Part shown: piece by piece, positions 61,188 through 64,000 of the stretch
How positions within the stretch are numbered: the first letter of the stretch is position 1
Layout of the letters: every line of letters begins with the position of its first letter
Assembly: GCA_964016885.1 (NCBI GenBank)
Contig: OZ024740.1
Coordinates: forward strand, 332,816,001 to 332,880,000
Direction of reading: 5' to 3'
DNA: 64,000 nucleotides
DNA from: Eledone cirrhosa
Lineage: Eukaryota
Position numbers and translations under genes: made by a program
Notes under the pieces: model-generated
What the model saw: only the letters and a program-made list of their open reading frames with translations
Told to the model about the DNA's origin: nothing
The model's database searches: none

Positions 61188-64000
61188 ATGACCAATATAA
61201 GAGTTGGATGTGTGAATGTACGCGGCCTGGGGATTCCCTGGAAACAGGGCAAACTCTTAAACGACCTCAGGTCGCACAGTATGGATGTAGTAGCCATTTG
61301 CGAGTCCACGATCCAGAGCGAGCGACAACTGTCCTCCATCTTCGACGACTTTGAGATCTACGCATCTCTCTGTCAGCCGGGAGATGGGTGTGGTGTTGCC
61401 GTTTTGTTGCGGAAACACCTGGACCTTGTAACACAGACGGTACATCTGGACCCGGAGGGTTGACTGGTGGTCCTAGACGTTGACGGTAGTGAAGGTGGAG
61501 CTTTCAGGCTGGTGGCCGCATATGCCCCATCCGGGACACCAGACTTCTTCAAACGTCTAGAGACTTTTCTGGTAACGTCCCGCTCCCTGCTGTTAGTGAG
61601 GGACTGGAATAGAATCCTATATCCACGTTGGGACTATGTGGGAGCATGTCACGTTAGAGGGGGGTGTAACAACCTCAAACAGTTAATCGGCCGATTTGAC
61701 CTGGCCGATAGATATCGACTAGATTTTCCGACTGTGCCACTGTGGACGTGGACTAATCCCAGCGGAACATCTAGATCGTACCTAGATATGGTTCTAGTTA
61801 GAAAGAAGTATAGGGACATGTTAAGCTGTCCACAAATGTTTATGGTTGCCTATTCAGATCACAAATTAGTCACCTGCTTAGTCAACCTTGTTCAAAACCC
61901 ATAGAGAGGGACCCGGCTACTGGAAGCTGAACTTGTCGTTACCGATATGCAAAGCCTACAGTAGACGGATTAACACTTTAGTTAAGCAGTACTTGACGGG
62001 GGCCATTGTCAACAACAGATGATGGTACTCTCTCAAGAGGGCAGGTAGATTAGACACAATAGGTTTTAGTAAATAATTAGTGTTAGATAGAAATAAGACC
62101 GAAAAGTAACTGGTAGATAAAGTAGAAGAGGCAATTAGGAGTGGCAACGTAGCCAGCGTGCTAGCGATGAGAATGGCCTTGGACCAGTTCGTCGACGCAA
62201 AGCATGAAGGCTGCGTTGTCAGTAGCAAAATACGTGCTCTGGGAAACGTGTCACGGAGGCGAAAAGTGGCAACACGTCCAGGATTCGTGATACTTGAGCC
62301 GAAGCAGATGCGCGGCCATTCAGCGGCACTTTGCTCAACTATTCGGGCAGGGCGGCGCGCCGGTAGGGGCTATGGATTTCGGTCCATACCTCGACGGCCT
62401 ACCGTGACTCTCGGACAGCGAGTCGAAGTTCTGCGAAAGGCCGTTTCGGCCGCTGAGATAGAGGACGCGCTGAGCCAATGCAGCAAACGCAAATCTCCAG
62501 GTCTCGACGGTCTTCCCTACGAATTTTACGTAGCAATGCTGGAATTGTTTTCAGGTCTCCTGGAAGCGGTGTACTGCAACTGGCAGCAGAACGGGAGAAT
62601 TCCCAGTTCTGTAACCAAGGGCGTATTCACGTTAATCAGGAAGGACGAGAATAAGGGGGATGACATAGGCAACTTCCGGCACCTAACTCTGCTCAAGAAG
62701 AGTTACAGATTTTAGCCAAGGTGTTGGCAAAGAGGCTGGCGCTTGTCGCGGAAAACCTGGTGGGAGAAGCGCAGACATGTGCAATCCCGACCTGATCCAT
62801 ACACGACAACCGCCACCTCATGCGATACATCATAGAGAGGGTAGGTTGTAAACCCGGCTTCGGTGGGGCACTGATCAACTTGGATCAGTCTAAGGCTTTC
62901 GATAGGGTTGACCATCGTTACCTGGATGCGGTGCTTGAGTCGGCAGGCTTCGAACCCGTGTTCAGGGGCTTGATTGCTGCGATGCACAACAGCAACATCT
63001 GCTCAAGGGTCAAGGTGAACGGCTACCTCTCGGAGCGTTTCCATTTCACGCGATCCATCCGACAGGGATGCCCTCTCTCCACCCTTCTGTACGTACTGAC
63101 TCTCGAGCCACTACTGTGGAAGTTGGAGCTATTGCAGGAAATCCCTTTGGAACCGGGACTGCGAAAAGCGGCGTCGGCCTATGCCGACGACGTGACAGTA
63201 GTGGTGTCGAGCACCTCGCAAATTGGGAAGGTTGGCACCTTACTGGAGGAATACGAAAGGTCTACAGGAGAGAAGCTGAACCGGGACAAATCCGTCGGTT
63301 TGCAACTCGGAACGTGGAGAAGCAAACCGATGCCTTCCGATGGCGTCGTCGTACGCTGGACGAAAGGACCGGTAAAACTGTTCGGGGTCTGGTTTGGTCC
63401 GTACCTACAGGTGGAGAAGAACTGGAACGAGGTGACAGCCAAGGTGTTTGCGCTCACCCAGAAGTGGGCCGAGTGCAAACTAGCCTTGAAAAGTCGAGCG
63501 GAGGTCGGGAACACTTTTATAGCGTCCGTCATCTACTACCGCTTGACTGTCGTGCCTTGCCCATTCAAAACGGGCTCCTTTGGCGAGAAGATCTATCTGC
63601 TGCCAACACCCTTCAAACGGAGGGCTGGGGATGCCGTGGCTGACGATGCGCAAACACGCGTTCAGGCTGCCACAGCTCCACGTATTCCTCACCGGACAAC
63701 CGGTGTGGGCCTCGTTAGTGAGGCGAGCCTTACCACGACTCGTCTCGCTGACCGAGCTGCAGTCCTGGGTCAAGCAAAGACCGAGGAAAATGGGTGACTC
63801 ACATCGAATGTACTCAGGTGCTCACAGTCCTCTGGCAAACGGACCCGGCGATCAGTGGAGACTCCACTTCGACATTCTCTAGAGTGTTGGTCCGCAGCAA
63901 ATGCGACGACTAGCTCGGAGAAACTCTAGGCGTAGCGGAGGACGAACTGGCCAGTCTGTTCGGTAGGACCTTCCGCCCGGGACCAATGGACAACTTCAAA
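61188..64000 (+). pseudogene. Tx1-like ORF2 (AP endonuclease plus reverse transcriptase), disrupted
   Basis: VGCVNVRGL, DVVAICE, GVAVL, AYAP, SYLD, SDH; KSPGLDGLPYEFY, LDQSKAFDRVDH, RQGCPLS, AYADD. Confidence 0.92.

Larger units (their letters stand above)
59132..64000 (+). mobile_element. L1/Tx1-clade non-LTR retrotransposon, degenerate, runs off the window end
   Basis: ORF1 with CCHC knuckle plus ORF2 with APE and RT; 5' end abuts a microsatellite. Confidence 0.9.

Overview
Eukaryotic, AT-rich, microsatellite-saturated DNA. It is most likely from an octopod cephalopod, inferred from the Nin-domain tRNA-SINE and the LINE 3' ends rather than shown. Almost all ORFs in the track are translations of (TA)n/(CA)n/(GA)n repeats. 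The real content is: (1) Penelope-like elements (PLEs; RT plus C-terminal GIY-YIG) of at least two clades, forming four kilobase-scale inverted-repeat structures at about 25.7-28.0, 30.1-33.4, 34.7-40.0 and 44.9-52.9 kb; (2) more than ten families of short PLE-type termini, usually fold-backs sitting in (TA)n arrays, many carrying type I hammerhead ribozyme (HHR) motifs including core variants and long stem II forms; (3) a degenerate L1/Tx1 retrotransposon from about 59.1 kb to the window end; (4) five Nin-SINEs plus CR1-like and R4-like LINE 3' fragments; (5) a candidate first coding exon on the minus strand (16778-16646) encoding a signal peptide and ending RIPI-G at a GTGAGT donor, resembling exon 1 of an ionotropic glutamate receptor. 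All alignments and folds were done by eye and need computational confirmation.
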